A stretch of DNA of 57,319 nucleotides from Girardia tigrina (GCA_001938485.1 MQRK01179919.1:15749-73067); one strand, 5' to 3'. Shown: positions 39,086-52,499, numbered from the stretch's first letter. Translations and numbers: made by a program. Notes: generated by a model not told the origin, from the letters alone.

Positions 39086-40193
39086 GAAATACTTTCATTA
39101 ATTTATATTCATTAATATATAAATTTACAATATATTTATATAAATGTATTTCAAATATTTCAGCAAATAAAAATTCAATGATATTTTTTTCATTTATAAT
39201 TAATAATAATTTTTTTTCAAAATTGTTTATTAATTTTTGAAATAAAATTTCATTTTCTCGTTCTCTAAATAAAATATTATCTATAAGTATTAAATTTATT
39301 TTCAAAATTTTGTTTAATTGAATTAATTTTCTCTTTTCTTTAATTTGAAATATTTAATAAGACATATATCTATTTTGAATATATCTATTTTCATTTTCTT
39401 TTTCTTTACATGATTGAATGTAACTTGAAAAAGAATAAAAATTATATAAAAAGAAATTATCTTTTTCTAAATATTTTTTGATTAAATATTCTTTTTCAAA
39501 ATTATTAAATCGTATTTTATTTTCATCATCTTCTTCACTGAAAGTAAACAGGATAAATAAGTCTCCGTAAATATTTTTCATTTGTTCAACTAATTTTTCC
39601 TCATCTATTGTTAAAGTAAACTTAAAATTCTTAAAGTATTTATTTTTTCTTAAAGAAATTATTTTTTCTATTTCTTTTTGTAAATTTATAAAAGAAGTTT
39701 GAACTAAATTATTTTAATCTTGATATGTATTAAAATAAATAGATAAATTATAATCTTTCACAGAAAATAAATTAATTGATATAAGAATTAAATGTTTTAA
39801 CGTAAGATGTTTTATTATATCTTCAATAATATATTTTTTTAATGTTTTATTATCAGCTTTCAAATCTCTTTTTATATCTTTATATAATTCTGGTATAAAA
39901 AATTATATCAGGATTATTTTGCTATTTGCTTAATTTTTTTTTCTATATTCTATTTTCGTTCTTCTAAAGAATTTATTTCTCTTGAATAAAGTATATAAAA
40001 ATCAATATTTTTAATAAGAAAAGAATTTATATCATCATTGATATTTTTTTGGCTTGACTTTGATTTTTAACCTTTAAATTATCAATTTCTAGACTTTTAA
40101 CCTTTAGAAAATTAATCTCAAGATCTTCAATCTAATCTCCAGATTCGTTAACGTATTCGTTATCTAACCAAGTTTGTTCGAGTTTATTTGTTA

Positions 40194-40520
40194 TGTCGCG
40201 ACCACTTCAGGTTGAAACATTTTTGGGGATCCACACAGCCCACAGAGGTTTTCGACTATTCAACCTCAACACGTGTGATTTTAACTTTATTATGAAGTGA
40301 TCTACACGCCTGCCTCATTCGCCATCTACGACATAGTGACGGATCTGGAGCGTCTTTGGGTTTGAATAAGTTTGGATGGACTATGGCCCCCCTACTAGCT
40401 TAGTGTCGCTCTGAGATGATGTGGCTAGTGATGTCTTTGTTGAATACTTTGTATCACTTAATGTATGTCTCACTCTAGTCTATAGTGTTATATTTATCAG
40501 CCCAACCAACGAGAGGATCA
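40194..40520. mobile_element. LTR-terminus fragment (family 'GGTCGTGACA'), inverted copy 3
   Basis: TGTCGCGACCACTTCAGGTTGAAACATTTTT is the reverse-complement homolog of the ends at 19522 and 25759. Confidence 0.55.
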
Positions 40521-42364
40521 CCTGAATGATAATAATTAGGGTAATAATTTACACAAAGCGTTTGAATTTACTACTTGAACCACTCATGAAAATTAACATT
40601 TTATAATATTTTAAGGGTATTATCAACTTATTATCATAATATTCATTGTAAAATTTGGTATTATTACCATAATGATTATTTACTATTATATTCGATAAGA
40701 GATGATATATTATCCACGAAATTATTATTTTTATAACGCTCTTTGAAATCACCTGCATTTATTATTCATTTATAAAATATTAACATAAGCAAATATAGGA
40801 AAACAATTCTTTAAAATCAAACATTTAGAGTTATAAAGAAATCCAAAAGTAAATCATTCATTATTGACATTTTTCTAGGACAGGGGTGAGTTAAAAAAAG
40901 TACAAATTGAGTGAATCCGCGTAAAGTTGAGATCGCTCTGCATAATCCGCATCGAGACGATTCTGTCTGTACAGCGCCTTTGCCGAAAGGCACTGGGAGC
41001 CGATTTATTTGAATGACTGTTAAATTAACAGAGAATTCAAAACAATTAATGATAAAGTATAATAATTACGATTTAAAAATTAAAACAGAAACTTTTAAAT
41101 TCAAAAATTCAGCTCACCCTTCATATATGATGGGTATTTTTCTAGTAAATATTACCTTGAAAACAAAAGATAATTATCGTAGATGAAAGCCATTACAACC
41201 TAATTATAAGCTTTGACTGCCGGAAACCGTAGGAGCACCGTTTTCGACAATCACCGATCAAGCGTAACCGATCATCAAGTGTAAATCTTTGCTGGTGCTT
41301 TTCGAGGTTTGGGACCAAAACGCGAAGATGACAATCCGGATGCACAAGGAAAGATGACACATCCCACTGCGACTTGGATAATATATGCAGATAACGCTCC
41401 CGTTATAGTTACCAAGCCAAACGCTGTGCGCCTAGATTTTCTTTTTAGCAATAAAAAAGCTGATATCATCTTCCGTCTTTGCAGCCGAAAGAGAAGACGA
41501 CGACAATTGATAGTTTATGAATAACTTGTAAGTATTTTGTTAAATTACTGTTTCTTCGGCCAAAAAAAATAATAAGTTGACAATAAGCTGAAATACAGCT
41601 TCGTCGGTCTTGGATCATTAGTTCGTTTATTCATAATTTGATTAATTATTATGGTTGTTTAAGAACTGTCGTTATGAATGTAAGTGGATCGGAAAGTAAT
41701 GATATTTTGATTTGACCGAACATTTACAAGTCAAAATTAATCATAAATAGAAAATGAGTCTACTCTGATGAATGAAATTGAGAAATAAACTACTTTTGAA
41801 ACGATTTTTCGTTGAAATTAGTCCAAATCATTGAAAAGCTTTGAAGTAAAGTAAATTGGATATCTATGAAGAAGTTCATAAAGCAAAAAATTAATTTTAT
41901 AGCGATTCAGTAGTGTCAGTAGTGTTTGAAATGATTTTGTTATTTTCTCTCATTATTATGTATACTTCTACATGCAAATGTGGAATATTGTGCTGTTGAT
42001 GAAATTCTGTCACTCGCTTCAAATTCATTTCCGGTGTTAATGTAGATGCAAATGTCAGATGCGATTCGCGACTAATATACATGGATTCCATAGAAACACT
42101 TGATAGTTAGTAGAGTGATATCACCATGCATTAATATTGCATTTAATATGTCATCGTTATTCATTCAATCTGCATCAACACAGCAAAAAAACAAAAAAAA
42201 ACTTTTTTATGTAGCTGTGTTGTTGTGCCGTTTATTATGATTATATATTAACATATTAACATGATATATAATGCCTAACTTTGCTCACCTTGTGTAACAA
42301 TAAAATAATAATAAAATAAAATGACTACAAATGTAATAATAAATATGCAGTCAATTAAAACAAA

Positions 42365-43159
42365 ATAATTTACAGAAATGGATTTACAAAAAGAACACTG
42401 ACACGGGGTTGTACACAACTCCGGGTAGTTTCTGTGAAACTAGGTACAAAAGCAACATGATTAAATGTTTAATATATCGTTCTTGGTCTCTTTCGTCAAC
42501 ATATTTAAATGCCCATGAAAGTTTAAATAAATTTACAAGTTTATTAAATAAGAATGGATGCTCAAAATCATTTATCGAAAAATTAACTCATCAAACTTTA
42601 GATAAAATATTAAATGAGTCAAATAGTAATAATAAAAATCTTAATAATACGACTCCTCAAACCATTTCCCCTAATACAAATTATAACCCACTTGAATCAA
42701 GGTATATCTTATCGATTCCTTATTCAGAGGGTTTTAAAAATTTAAAATCATCAATTTTGAAAAGTTTGATCCCAAATACCATGAATCTAAAAATTATTTC
42801 CAAATCATATAAAATTCGTGATATGTTCAGTAATAAATCTCCCACTCCTCTCGGTTTGTGCTCCGATGTTGTTTATAAATACATGTAATGGGTGTAACGC
42901 CACATACATTGGAGAGACATCTTGTCATCTCTGTAAACGGATCAAAGAGCATAGTCGGTTGGATAATGGGAGCAATATTGTCGAACATAATTTAAAATGT
43001 AAAAAGAAAATCGGAGAAAATGATTTTGAAATTCTGTGTAATCGATTTAAAAATTACTGGGAGAGAGTAACGTGTGAGGTCTTATTAATAAGATCCATGG
43101 ATCCAAAAATTAATATCCAAGCTTCACACTCAACTTCTCTGTTAAACATTTTCAAATAG
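42365..43159 (+). mobile_element. Penelope-like retroelement, 5'-truncated (RT thumb, linker, GIY-YIG endonuclease)
   Basis: IYKKNTDTGLY..SFCETRYKSNMIKCLIYR (thumb), LSIPY, then DVVYKY/CNGCNATYIGET..KRIKEH..CEVLLIRSMDPKIN with one frameshift. Confidence 0.95.
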
Positions 43160-43174
43160 CCAAAGTCATCCATT

Positions 43175-43490
43175 TAAAAATATATTTTACGACAATATAT
43201 TTCGACGGATCTACCGTCATCTTCAGGTCACTAATTAATAATCAATTCACCTGTATATAAATACAAAAATGATGATTATGTAATCGGTTGCATGAAATCA
43301 TGCTAATCAAAAATTCTCAATAAGCTCGTTGAGACTGCCGATTGAACATTGATTTTAGGGCAACGTGACCTAATTAACAATGCTTCACACGACACTCTCT
43401 CCCAATAACTGTCAAAATGCTTACACAGAATTTTGAAATTATCAAAATTAACATCACATTTACATTTTTTCCTATGTACTGCAATATTAT
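43175..43490 (-). mobile_element. Second, diverged Penelope-like 3' end in opposite orientation
   Basis: Minus strand NIAVHRKKCKCDVNFDNFKILCKHFDSYWERVSCEALLIRSRCPKINVQSAVSTSLLRIFD* (stop 43305-43303) aligns without gaps to the C-terminus of the adjacent plus-strand element. It is not in the ORF track. Confidence 0.93.
43191..43229 (-). ncRNA. Minimal type-I hammerhead ribozyme in the Penelope-like 3' UTR/pLTR
   Basis: GAC-CUGAAGAU-GACGG-UAGAU-CCGUC-GAAA-UAUA-UU-GUC: catalytic boxes CUGANGA and GAAA, a 5-bp stem II, a palindromic stem III and a GAC/GUC stem I. Confidence 0.8.
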
Positions 43491-44039
43491 GTACAGCTGG
43501 ATGATATAAAATTGGTAAGAGGAAACCACGAACCAGACGGCCCTAGATTAACTGTTCAATCCCGAAATCTCGACAACGACCCATTAATGATTCATGGCAA
43601 TCAAGAACCCCAAATAATCGAACCAAGATCAGCCACGTCACGCATTTAAGGCGATCATCTTCGATTTTTCTGAACGGTGCCTCGACTCTACGCTGCGTTA
43701 GGCAATTGAAACTCTGCATAAGGATAGAATGAATCAGTGTAATCATTCTCGTGATTCGGACACATTCGACATGAATTCCAGTAAAACACAAAAGAAAATT
43801 TCTCCTTTTGAACTTTTTTATTTTCCACAACAAACATAACTCTTACAAAATCCAATCACACAATTTTTGTTTACAAATAGAATTCCTGCGTTAAGAATTT
43901 TTTATTGATTCACGTATGCACTTTCTATTTTTTTAAAAACTTTCCCGCTACACCCAAAAGATCAATTAAATAAAACAAAGGCAAAAATTTGTTTTACTAT
44001 TTTCTGTAAAAAACGCTGTTATTCACAGAAAAGCGTTAT

Positions 44040-44972
44040 CGATCGATTATCGATGTTTTCAAAATGAAGAATCGGCGAGTTGATTTTTTAAACAATTTTG
44101 TTCGGATGCAAATTTTTGATTTTTCAATTCCGTTAAATTCCACTTCTGCCGCTTCTGAGCCTTTAGCATTATGTTCTACTAGAGGTCAATGATGCCCAGA
44201 AGCATCTTCAAACAAAATCTTCAAACATCCACAAACATTCAAAAAGTTCTGTCAAGCTCATAGCGCTGAGAGATTACATTTTTAATAATAGATAAAAGAT
44301 GATGAACAGTGCAATGAACGAATCCAAGAAGCTCTACTTTAAATGGGAATAAGTATGGAGAGTAAAATTCGCAAAAAGAAAAGAATGGATGTCGATGGAT
44401 TGACTGATGATGTAACGATGACATTTGATGTTGAGTTGAAATGGGAAAGGCTGTCTGTCGTAGACAGGTTGATTGAGGAAATATGTTCAATATTTCAACA
44501 AGTTTAAAATCGTGCCAACAAATATACTCTCATTTCACCATCGGATCTCTTTGATAATTATTACTATTGATAGCTTGGCGAAATAGAAGACGATTTGTTG
44601 AAAAAGGAATTCTTAGCCGAAAAAAGAAGACTGCAGTATTTTATCCGAGCTTCAGGAAACGACAGAATGAATGGGCCTTTAGAACTTTTGAGTTTCATAC
44701 AGAGATGTCACCTTGGGGATTCCGTCCCTAATATTGCGATCTAGGTGCGCATCTTTCTTACCCGGGATATTAGCGCTGCCGGCTGCGAACGCTCGTTTTC
44801 CAAATTAAAGGTGATAAAGAACTATCTCCGATCTATAATGAGCAAATAAAGGCTTACAGACTTGATAGTCTTCTCCATTGAGAGAGAGCTTGCTGCTAAA
44901 ATGAATTTTGATACTGTTATCAATAAATTTTGCAAAAATGAAAGTGCGAAAAATGTGCTTGTAAAGTGGTAA
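44040..44972 (+). pseudogene. hAT transposase C-terminal remnant (hAT-3)
   Basis: PLELLSFI..DSVPNIAI*VRIFLT..SAAGCERSFSKLKVIKNYLRSIMS..RLTDLIVFSIERE..FDTVINKF. The 5' boundary is approximate. Confidence 0.92.
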
Positions 44973-45100
44973 TAAAATTGTACATTTTGAAATAACTTTG
45001 TTACTTGGTAATTTTTAGAATAAGAATAAGAGTATTGCAAGAAAAATATGAAATTAAAGTAAGGATTTTGAGACCAGCTGTTTTGACAGTAATAAAATTA

Positions 45101-46417
45101 TTAGGTTCTCCGGAAAGTTCGTAGCATTTTTCAAATGTGATTTCAAGACTGTAATTTTTTACTGTTCGACTTTATTTTTCCATGATTTTTTAAATGTTTC
45201 ATCAATATTCATATATTATCTTTAAAATCAATTAGTTTTCGAGTTTTTGTTTTCCTAATTATGGCCGCAAATAAAATTCATTTAAGACATGCAATGCTCT
45301 TTTTTTTATAATTAGAAGAAAAACTCTGCCGAAACGCAGAAAAAAATTTGCGACGTTTATGGTTCTAGTGCGGTTGGGGAAAGTACAGTGTGTAAGTGGT
45401 TTTCGAACTTAAAGAAAGGCAATTTCAACCTGCAAGATGCAGAAAGATCTGGTCGCCCATCCACTATAGATGACGATGAACTGAAAATTAAAATAGCTGA
45501 AAATCCGAGAATAAACGTTCGAGACTTGGCAGAATTATTGTAGATATCAAAAAGTGCAGTACACGAACATTTACAGAAGCTTGATTTTGTTTCAAGACTT
45601 GATGTTTGGGTGCCATAAATTAACAGAAAAAGTGCTTTCTTTACAAGCACATTTTTCGCACTTTCATTTTTGCAAAATTTATTGATAACAGTATCAAAGA
45701 GTTTTTACCTGCCTTGCGCTCCTCAAAAGAAATAAAGAGAGTCCGGTTCTAAAGTAGCTAATTACCGGCTGTGAAAATGGATAATGTACGATAACGTACA
45801 GCGCAAAAGATCATGCAGGGGGGAAGCTGGAAGTAAGCCTCTCACATCAGCTAAATCGAATTTACACCCAAAAAAGGTTTTATTGAGCGTTTGGTTGGAT
45901 TGGAAGGGCGTGATTTATTACAAGCTACTTCCAAATAAAGAAACAATTAATTTTGATAAGTATTGTCAGCAAGTATGCAAATTGGATAATTCAATCAAGG
46001 AAAAACGTCCGGAATTAGCGAACAGAACAGGCGTTGTATTCCGTCATGATAATGCAAGACCGCATACATTTTTGCAAACTTGAAAAAAATTAGCCGAGCT
46101 TGGTTGGGATATTCTATGGCACCCGACGTATTCGCCAGATATTGCACCTTCAGATTTTTACTTATTCTGTTGTCTACAAAACTCGATTAGTGGGAAAATA
46201 TTCACAGACAAAGATGTTTGCAAGAATTACCTTGATGAGTTTTTCAGGATTAAAAGTTAAGCGTTTTATGAAAAAGGGATTATGAAACTTGAAGAAAGAT
46301 GGCAAAAGGTGGTGTAAAAGAATGGAGAATACTTTTCAGATTGATCTCAGTCATTTCAATTTTTATTGTGTTTCAAATTTTCTTTAAAAAACGCTACGAA
46401 CTTTCCGGACAACCTAA
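45101..46417 (+). mobile_element. mariner (DD34D) element with both TIRs, defective transposase
   Basis: TIRs TTAGGTT(C/G)TCCGGAAAGTTCGTAGC with TA on both sides. The transposase (45261-46344) has RSGRP, VWVP, YDNVQRKR, LHPKKVLLSVW, HDNARPH and HPTYSPDIAPSDFYLF. Confidence 0.97.
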
Positions 46418-46419
46418 TA

Positions 46420-47065
46420 AAATTGAAACAAATTTGGCAAGGTTTATCTAAGAAACTGCATCACCATGAAACTTGACATATCCATCAGGCCTGCTTCTTA
46501 CAATCGACTGAATTAAGCAAACGAATAAAATGTAAGTCAAATATTAATGAGCGTGAGATGAATATATTCTTTTGAGAACACTTATTTTAGCAAACAGTTT
46601 TAAAACGTTTAATTGGCATAGCTATTTTTCGATCTGAGAGAATTTTTTTCATTTCGTGGATCTTCAGAAATACTTGGTTCATCATCCAATTGCAATTTCC
46701 TAGGGTTATTTGAACTAATGGCTAAGTATGACACTGTTCTTGGAGAGTTGCGTGAGCGCAAAAAATAAACAAAAACAAAAGATCATTATCTAAGTTGTGA
46801 TATTCAAAATGAACTGATTGGTCTTGTTACAAAACAGATAGAGCAGTCAAATATGGAACTTTTGAAAATGTCTAAATACTACTCCATCATAGTTGACTGC
46901 ACTCCTGAATTATCTAAGAAAGAGCAGATGAGCATTATACTACGATACGTGGAGTGCAACACATGAATTGGAATATATGTGAAAAAGCACTGTTTTAGAT
47001 GTTTGCAAGTTTTAGATACATCAGGTAAAGGATTGTTGGACTAATTTCTCACTAAAGTTGAATCT
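46420..47065 (+). pseudogene. hAT transposase central remnant (hAT-4)
   Basis: FRGSSEILGSSSNCNFLGLFELMAKYD..HYLSCDIQNELI..KYYSIIVDCTPELSKKEQMSIILRYV..DTSGKGL. Confidence 0.93.
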
Positions 47066-47689
47066 TGGCTTTCTTTTTAATATCACCAACGATCCGATCT
47101 CTCGACAATCGCAATTTACACCAAAGCTGAGTCGTCTGATAGAGTCTCTACTGGGTATCTCTGTTTGACAGGAGTTCGATACTGGGGATTCGGCGCGTTA
47201 CTCAGTGGGAACAAATTGTACGTGGGGGCACATCGATGGCCTGTCAGACAACATAGGATCATCACTATCTCTACCGCATACGCAAGAACTTCCCCAACTG
47301 TTGCGCCCGGTTTAGTGTGGTGACGACATAAAACCTGACAGAATAATCTATAGTAAAGTTAAAACAAAGTTTAAAATAAAATTTGTAAAGTGTAAAATAA
47401 ACATAATCATATGAATCAAATAAACATAACAAATATAATTCAAATTTACATTTGTTGATATTAAATTTTCGTGGTCAACAATTTTCGGGCTCACAAATTC
47501 TTTACAAGTAATAATTTTCAAAATCGTTAAACAGAATCTTCAAATATCAGATAAAATAATTCAGTGAAATTCTGTGTTCAAAACGAGTTTTTAAAATTGT
47601 ATTTGTCGTCTTCAAAATAATGTGATAATGTAATGTCGAAATAATATCGTAATGTAAAGTATCATAAACCGTCATTTTAATGGAAGTAG

Positions 47690-48420
47690 CGCGAGTTTAA
47701 ATACCAAATCTGTTCCATGTAAGGAATGCACTTCTCGATTAACTGTATGTTAATTGTGACCTACATTACGTCGGGCTTTTGTGTAAGATGTCGATATTTA
47801 GTTTTCCGTTGTCGCTCGCACCGTCGTGCCGTGGTGTTGTTGGAATGTCTCTACCACAGATTATCTGTAACAGCCTCTCTCTATGTTGGTGTGTATGTTA
47901 CGATTTTATATTCAGCTCTGCATCCAACTGTAAGACAATAACTGTCTACAAATCACCCGGTAACTTGTGACTCACGATGAATCATGAAAACAAATTTATT
48001 TTTAGAAGCAGTCGTTGAATCATTGTAAGTTTTTTAATTGTTCTTTATTTATTAATTGATATTTACTAATATTTCAAGGGTTGATTTGGACTTAAAAGCG
48101 TGTTCAGATCGGGATTCAAGGAACAATTCCTGTTGACTCTTATTGAAATCTATCGGAGAAGGTCCAGCCGACGGTTTTCCACCAAGTTTAACCTCAGGAG
48201 GAAACTGAATGAAACTATACCACGCTTACTACCAAAAATGTTGATGCAAAAGCAGGCGCAGCGCGGTCGCGGGGCTCCGGCGTCGATTGATATAGTGTCC
48301 CCAGATCGTGGGAGGGTTACTAAATTTTACCGCTAGTCAGCGACCGCCCCTGTCCCTAGGAATCTCTCATCGTCACGTCTCACCACTGGTTATCGACCAT
48401 CGATTGGATCAACTTTATAT
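47690..48420 (+). mobile_element. Degenerate multi-exon gene/LTR-like element (copy B)
   Basis: LFLEAVVES exon followed by a 54-nt GTAAGT..CAAG intron (48025-48078) and a GAAATCTATCGGAGAAGGTC block homologous to copies A and C. Confidence 0.55.
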
Positions 48421-49137
48421 GATTTGAACCGAAAAATGAACTTATCAAAAGATGAATAATCCTTAAATTTAGATATCAATCCGCAGTTCCAATTATTTTG
48501 ATAAATCGAAGAAATTTCATGGGAATTCAACGTTTTTTAATCGACTTTCAATTTCGAATTCGAAGGAGCATCTTCTAATTGTTTTCGTAAACTCATATCA
48601 CAATCGCCACCCAAATATATCAAATTGAAAGTAATTAACATCAATTCAAACCAACAACGTTTTCATAACTTTATTATTTTCACAAAATATTTTCCCGTGA
48701 ATTCAAAAAGATTTCCCGCTTTATTTTTACAAATTGATTATTAGATCTCGTACATAAACAATCCTTTTTAAAAATTTTCGCAAGCTACATAAACTGATAA
48801 AATAAAAAAAATCACAGAATCGAACAAAAATCAATATTTAACAATCTTTTATACAACAAAATAAATTACTTTTTTTAAAAACTATACACAATATTTTTTT
48901 ATTATTTTTATTTTTACTAAATAGATGATTTTTGTAATTATTATTTGAACTATATAGTTTTTTCTTTCATTTAAAATTCATTTCAAAAGATCTCAATCGA
49001 ATGATCGTAAGCAAAGTCAACGATCATCGACATGAACACGTAAAAATATCGTCATTTGTTTGAAATTCACTGAGATCGACAATATCATCGATTGAAGGAT
49101 TTTTTTACAGTGTCTATTGCGAAATTTAGAATAGTAT

Positions 49138-49883
49138 TGTTGGGTTATTATTAAAAATTATCTTTAATTTCAATATTCACTTTTTAAAACACAAATCTTA
49201 AATTTTTATCTTTAATCGTAAATCTCTATTCTTTAATCTTTAATCAATAATCTTTAATCAATAATTCTTAATCTATCATCTTTAATCTTTGATCTGACTC
49301 CAATTAATCAGAAAGGACTTCCAACATAAATATATGAATAATGAACACAAATTCTTTTATGAAACTTTATTTCAAACAACAAATATTGACAAGTCAAAAA
49401 TAATAATAATAATTCAATTCTTGATGACAGAACACAAACACAAAACAATATTTCGTACGAGTTAATAGATTACTGTAAAAACTTTGAATCTCCCAAAACG
49501 AACGATATTGTAATTTAAAACAAACCTTATTCTCCCATACGGGGTACTTATGGTTTGAAAGATTAATATTTTAATAAAATAAAAATAAAATAAGTTTCTA
49601 CGTTACTTTTTAACGCGACTTCTTCTTGATTAAATTTCTTGCAAATATTTTTGGGCAAACTAAAACTAGATTTGCTGCTGTTTATATAGTAATTTTCCTC
49701 AGCCTTGAAAATTGATGAGATAAAACAAAGACTAAAACATTTATAATTTTTAATTCCAAGTTTTGTTAAACTAAATATTATTTTATTTTAAATTGATAAT
49801 TTTTCCAAAAGAATTATTTTAAATTTTTACTTATATAAAATTTTATCAAGAAGTGTTCATATGCATTTTCCAAAACCTTAACA
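49138..49883. mobile_element. Solo LTR (746 bp), inverted copy 2 of 32726-33518
   Basis: TGTTGGGTT...AACCTTAACA termini, flanks GTAT/ATAT (3/4 match), and colinear reverse-complement similarity along the length. Confidence 0.88.
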
Positions 49884-50689
49884 ATATTCATTTCACAAAT
49901 CAGAAATTCCTTGATTGCCAACAATATCGTATTGTGATGATTTATCTAGAAAAGTTCTTTTATGCATTCCAAATGATTTTTTTTCGTTTGTACATTTAAG
50001 ATTTTGTATCCATTTCGAAAATTTTGTGTGTTTATTATTTATTTTATAATATGTTTCATTCAACCATTCATTTATCCAAACCGAATTGTTTCTTAATTGT
50101 TTTCTTTTGCTGTTTGATTTGAAATTTCGCAGCCCCCATGAATTATCAATTATACAACCGCTATTAAAAAAGGTCCCAGAATATTTATTACGAATCTTTG
50201 CATCTTTTATTTTGTGACTAAATTTAAATGTAAATTTCATAGCACAACAAGTCAATTTTTAAAATGAAAATAGAAATTTTTTATTTCAGGATTTTTACTT
50301 CTCAACACACCACTATTTACGCATATCCATTCATTCATGTTCAAAACATTATTCATCATACCTCAAACTATCTCCATCAGAGGGAGAATGTGTTGATCAA
50401 TTAATTCAAACCGACAACCAGGAAGACCACCTACCAACGCCAAAGCACCACAACCACTCTCTGCTACCAGAAATGTTGGTGTGAGAGTGGTATTGGCGTG
50501 GTAGTCGCGCAATGGTGAAAGTAAGATGTTGACGGGTCATGGGGAGCAATAACGCGACAAACGCTAACATATTATTTTGTCTGCAGCCTCGGACACATTG
50601 GTATTCCAACTCGCGGAGAGATACGAGCATCTCGAGAGGTCGAGAGGGTCGTTCCTCCATCAGCAGTTACAGTTGGCTAGCGAACACCG

Positions 50690-51215
50690 GCAAAACAAAT
50701 TCGCCCGATTGATATCACTCTCATTCAAAACAGATACGCATTATTCGCAGCGCTCTGTGTCCCAACACACCATTGCTGCGCCCATCCCACGAGACAATAC
50801 TGATCAAAAGATCGAAACATTGTTGAAGTATCGCGAGTATTCGAACGGTTTCGTCATCGATACAATTCTCAGAAGTTTGACGCTCTCATAGAGACACCAG
50901 ATCATCAAATTAACAATTAAATCTTTCTTCGACGTTTCATTGTCCAATAACAGTTCAAATCGCGCAATAACATCAACTGAATCATCCTCCTCATACCGAT
51001 TCACTGCATTTGTCATACATTTGTAACCGTCAATCGAAAAAAATTAAACTCTCATTAAATCAGCCATTTGAACCATTTTCAATATTCGATTCATCGTTTG
51101 AATTTCGGCAATTTGCAAAGCGCGATCATTTAGGCTGACGGAAACAGTGTTTACATCCCTGACGAGACAGTGCGGGGAAAAGAAATCGCTATGGAAATTC
51201 GCGATGCAATTCAAA
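50690..51215 (-). pseudogene. Unidentified host-like coding fragment
   Basis: About 150 codons read through with few stops (..LQIAEIQTMNRILKMVQMADLM..VIARFELLLDNETSKKDLIVNLMIWCLYESVKLLRIVS..). Protein-like but not recognised. Confidence 0.35.
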
Positions 51216-52109
51216 CTTTTTTATGTTCAAAAAAAATAACAATTCCAAAATTTTTTACTATCATTTTAATCGAACAGAATCCTTTCTTTCCACTCTTCAC
51301 AATCGATCATAAAAGCAAAATCATACATCTATTTATCACAAAAAAAATCATAACAATTCTCGCTCAGAATATCAACAATCAACCAACAAATTAGTGCGTT
51401 TAAACAAAAACGCACTTTTTCACTAATTTAATTACATCTGTGAACAGTGTAAAGTCTGGAGCGTTATCAGATTTATATATGCCTGGAGGGGCGACGAGCC
51501 CCCAGAAAGCATGGTGTTAATCGGATATGATTATGTTATTATTGTGTTGACATGTCTATATGTTTGGGACTATGTACACTATCTAGATGGGATTCTCCTC
51601 CATTGTCGCCATCTACAAGTCCTTGTGTTTGTGGTTAGTCTCAACATACACTACTTGAAAGCACGCGTTTGATTCGTGGTTTATTACTCTAATGCTCATT
51701 CATGTACTATCTAAAGATATTTACAAAAGTTCATTTGCTTCCATTTACAAAATTATCTATAGATTATATATATGTATTCTCATTTTATGTTACAAGTACT
51801 ATCATCATCGGACTATTGTATCAAAGTTAGATTCGCGATTTAATGTCTGTCGGACTGTATAAATTTATCCAGAAACCATATTCGTTTTATTTAGTGTCGA
51901 CAAATTTGTTTAGAAACCACTCTAATTATACTTACTGTAAATTTCATCCATCGATTATTAAAAGAACAATAAAACACGATTTTTGAAAGTTTATTATGTT
52001 GATAATTCTGATTATTAAAACAACAATAGTTGTTTTAAAATCTTTTTTTAATAATCAAAAATAATATTTTTAATTTATATAAACGCAGTTTACATATGCC
52101 CATGTACAA

Positions 52110-52325
52110 GATGCAGAGTATCATGACAAGTAAACGTTGGCTTCAATCTGTCTATTGAGACCTTCTTTGTGTAACCAACAATCTTTAGGTCAAAGGTTTT
52201 CAAGTCATTAGATCTGCTGAGTACCTCATAAGCTCCATAGTATGGTGGCTTCAGCGAGCCAGAGTTATCGATCTTGATCCATACGTATTTGCAGTCTTTG
52301 AGAGCCTGTGGTAGAAAGATCTTGA
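52110..52325 (-). pseudogene. Ty3/Gypsy pol C-terminus (integrase GPY/F region)
   Basis: IFLPQALKDCKYVWIK..LKPPYYGAYEVL..KTFDL..KKVSIDRLKP. Confidence 0.92.
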
Positions 52326-52499
52326 GGGTCAACTGTTTGTTTTCTCGTCGGACTACTTTGTAGAGAATGTTGTCAACTGATGTCACCAATAAGTTTTGTG
52401 GATAAACTGTTTTCTTAGTTATTAGTTGTCGTTTGAATAATTGTGGCACTGAAATAATTTCGTCGTAGTTATTTATTGTCGTTTTTTATTGTTTTTTGT

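Noticed and set aside
40975-41000. TGCC-GAAA-GGCA hairpin as a structured RNA
   Set aside because: The hairpin is not preserved in the homolog at about 53890, whereas the minus-strand peptide is.
41140-41160. AAATATTAC origin-like nonamer
   Set aside because: No convincing stem, and such 9-mers are expected by chance in AT-rich DNA.
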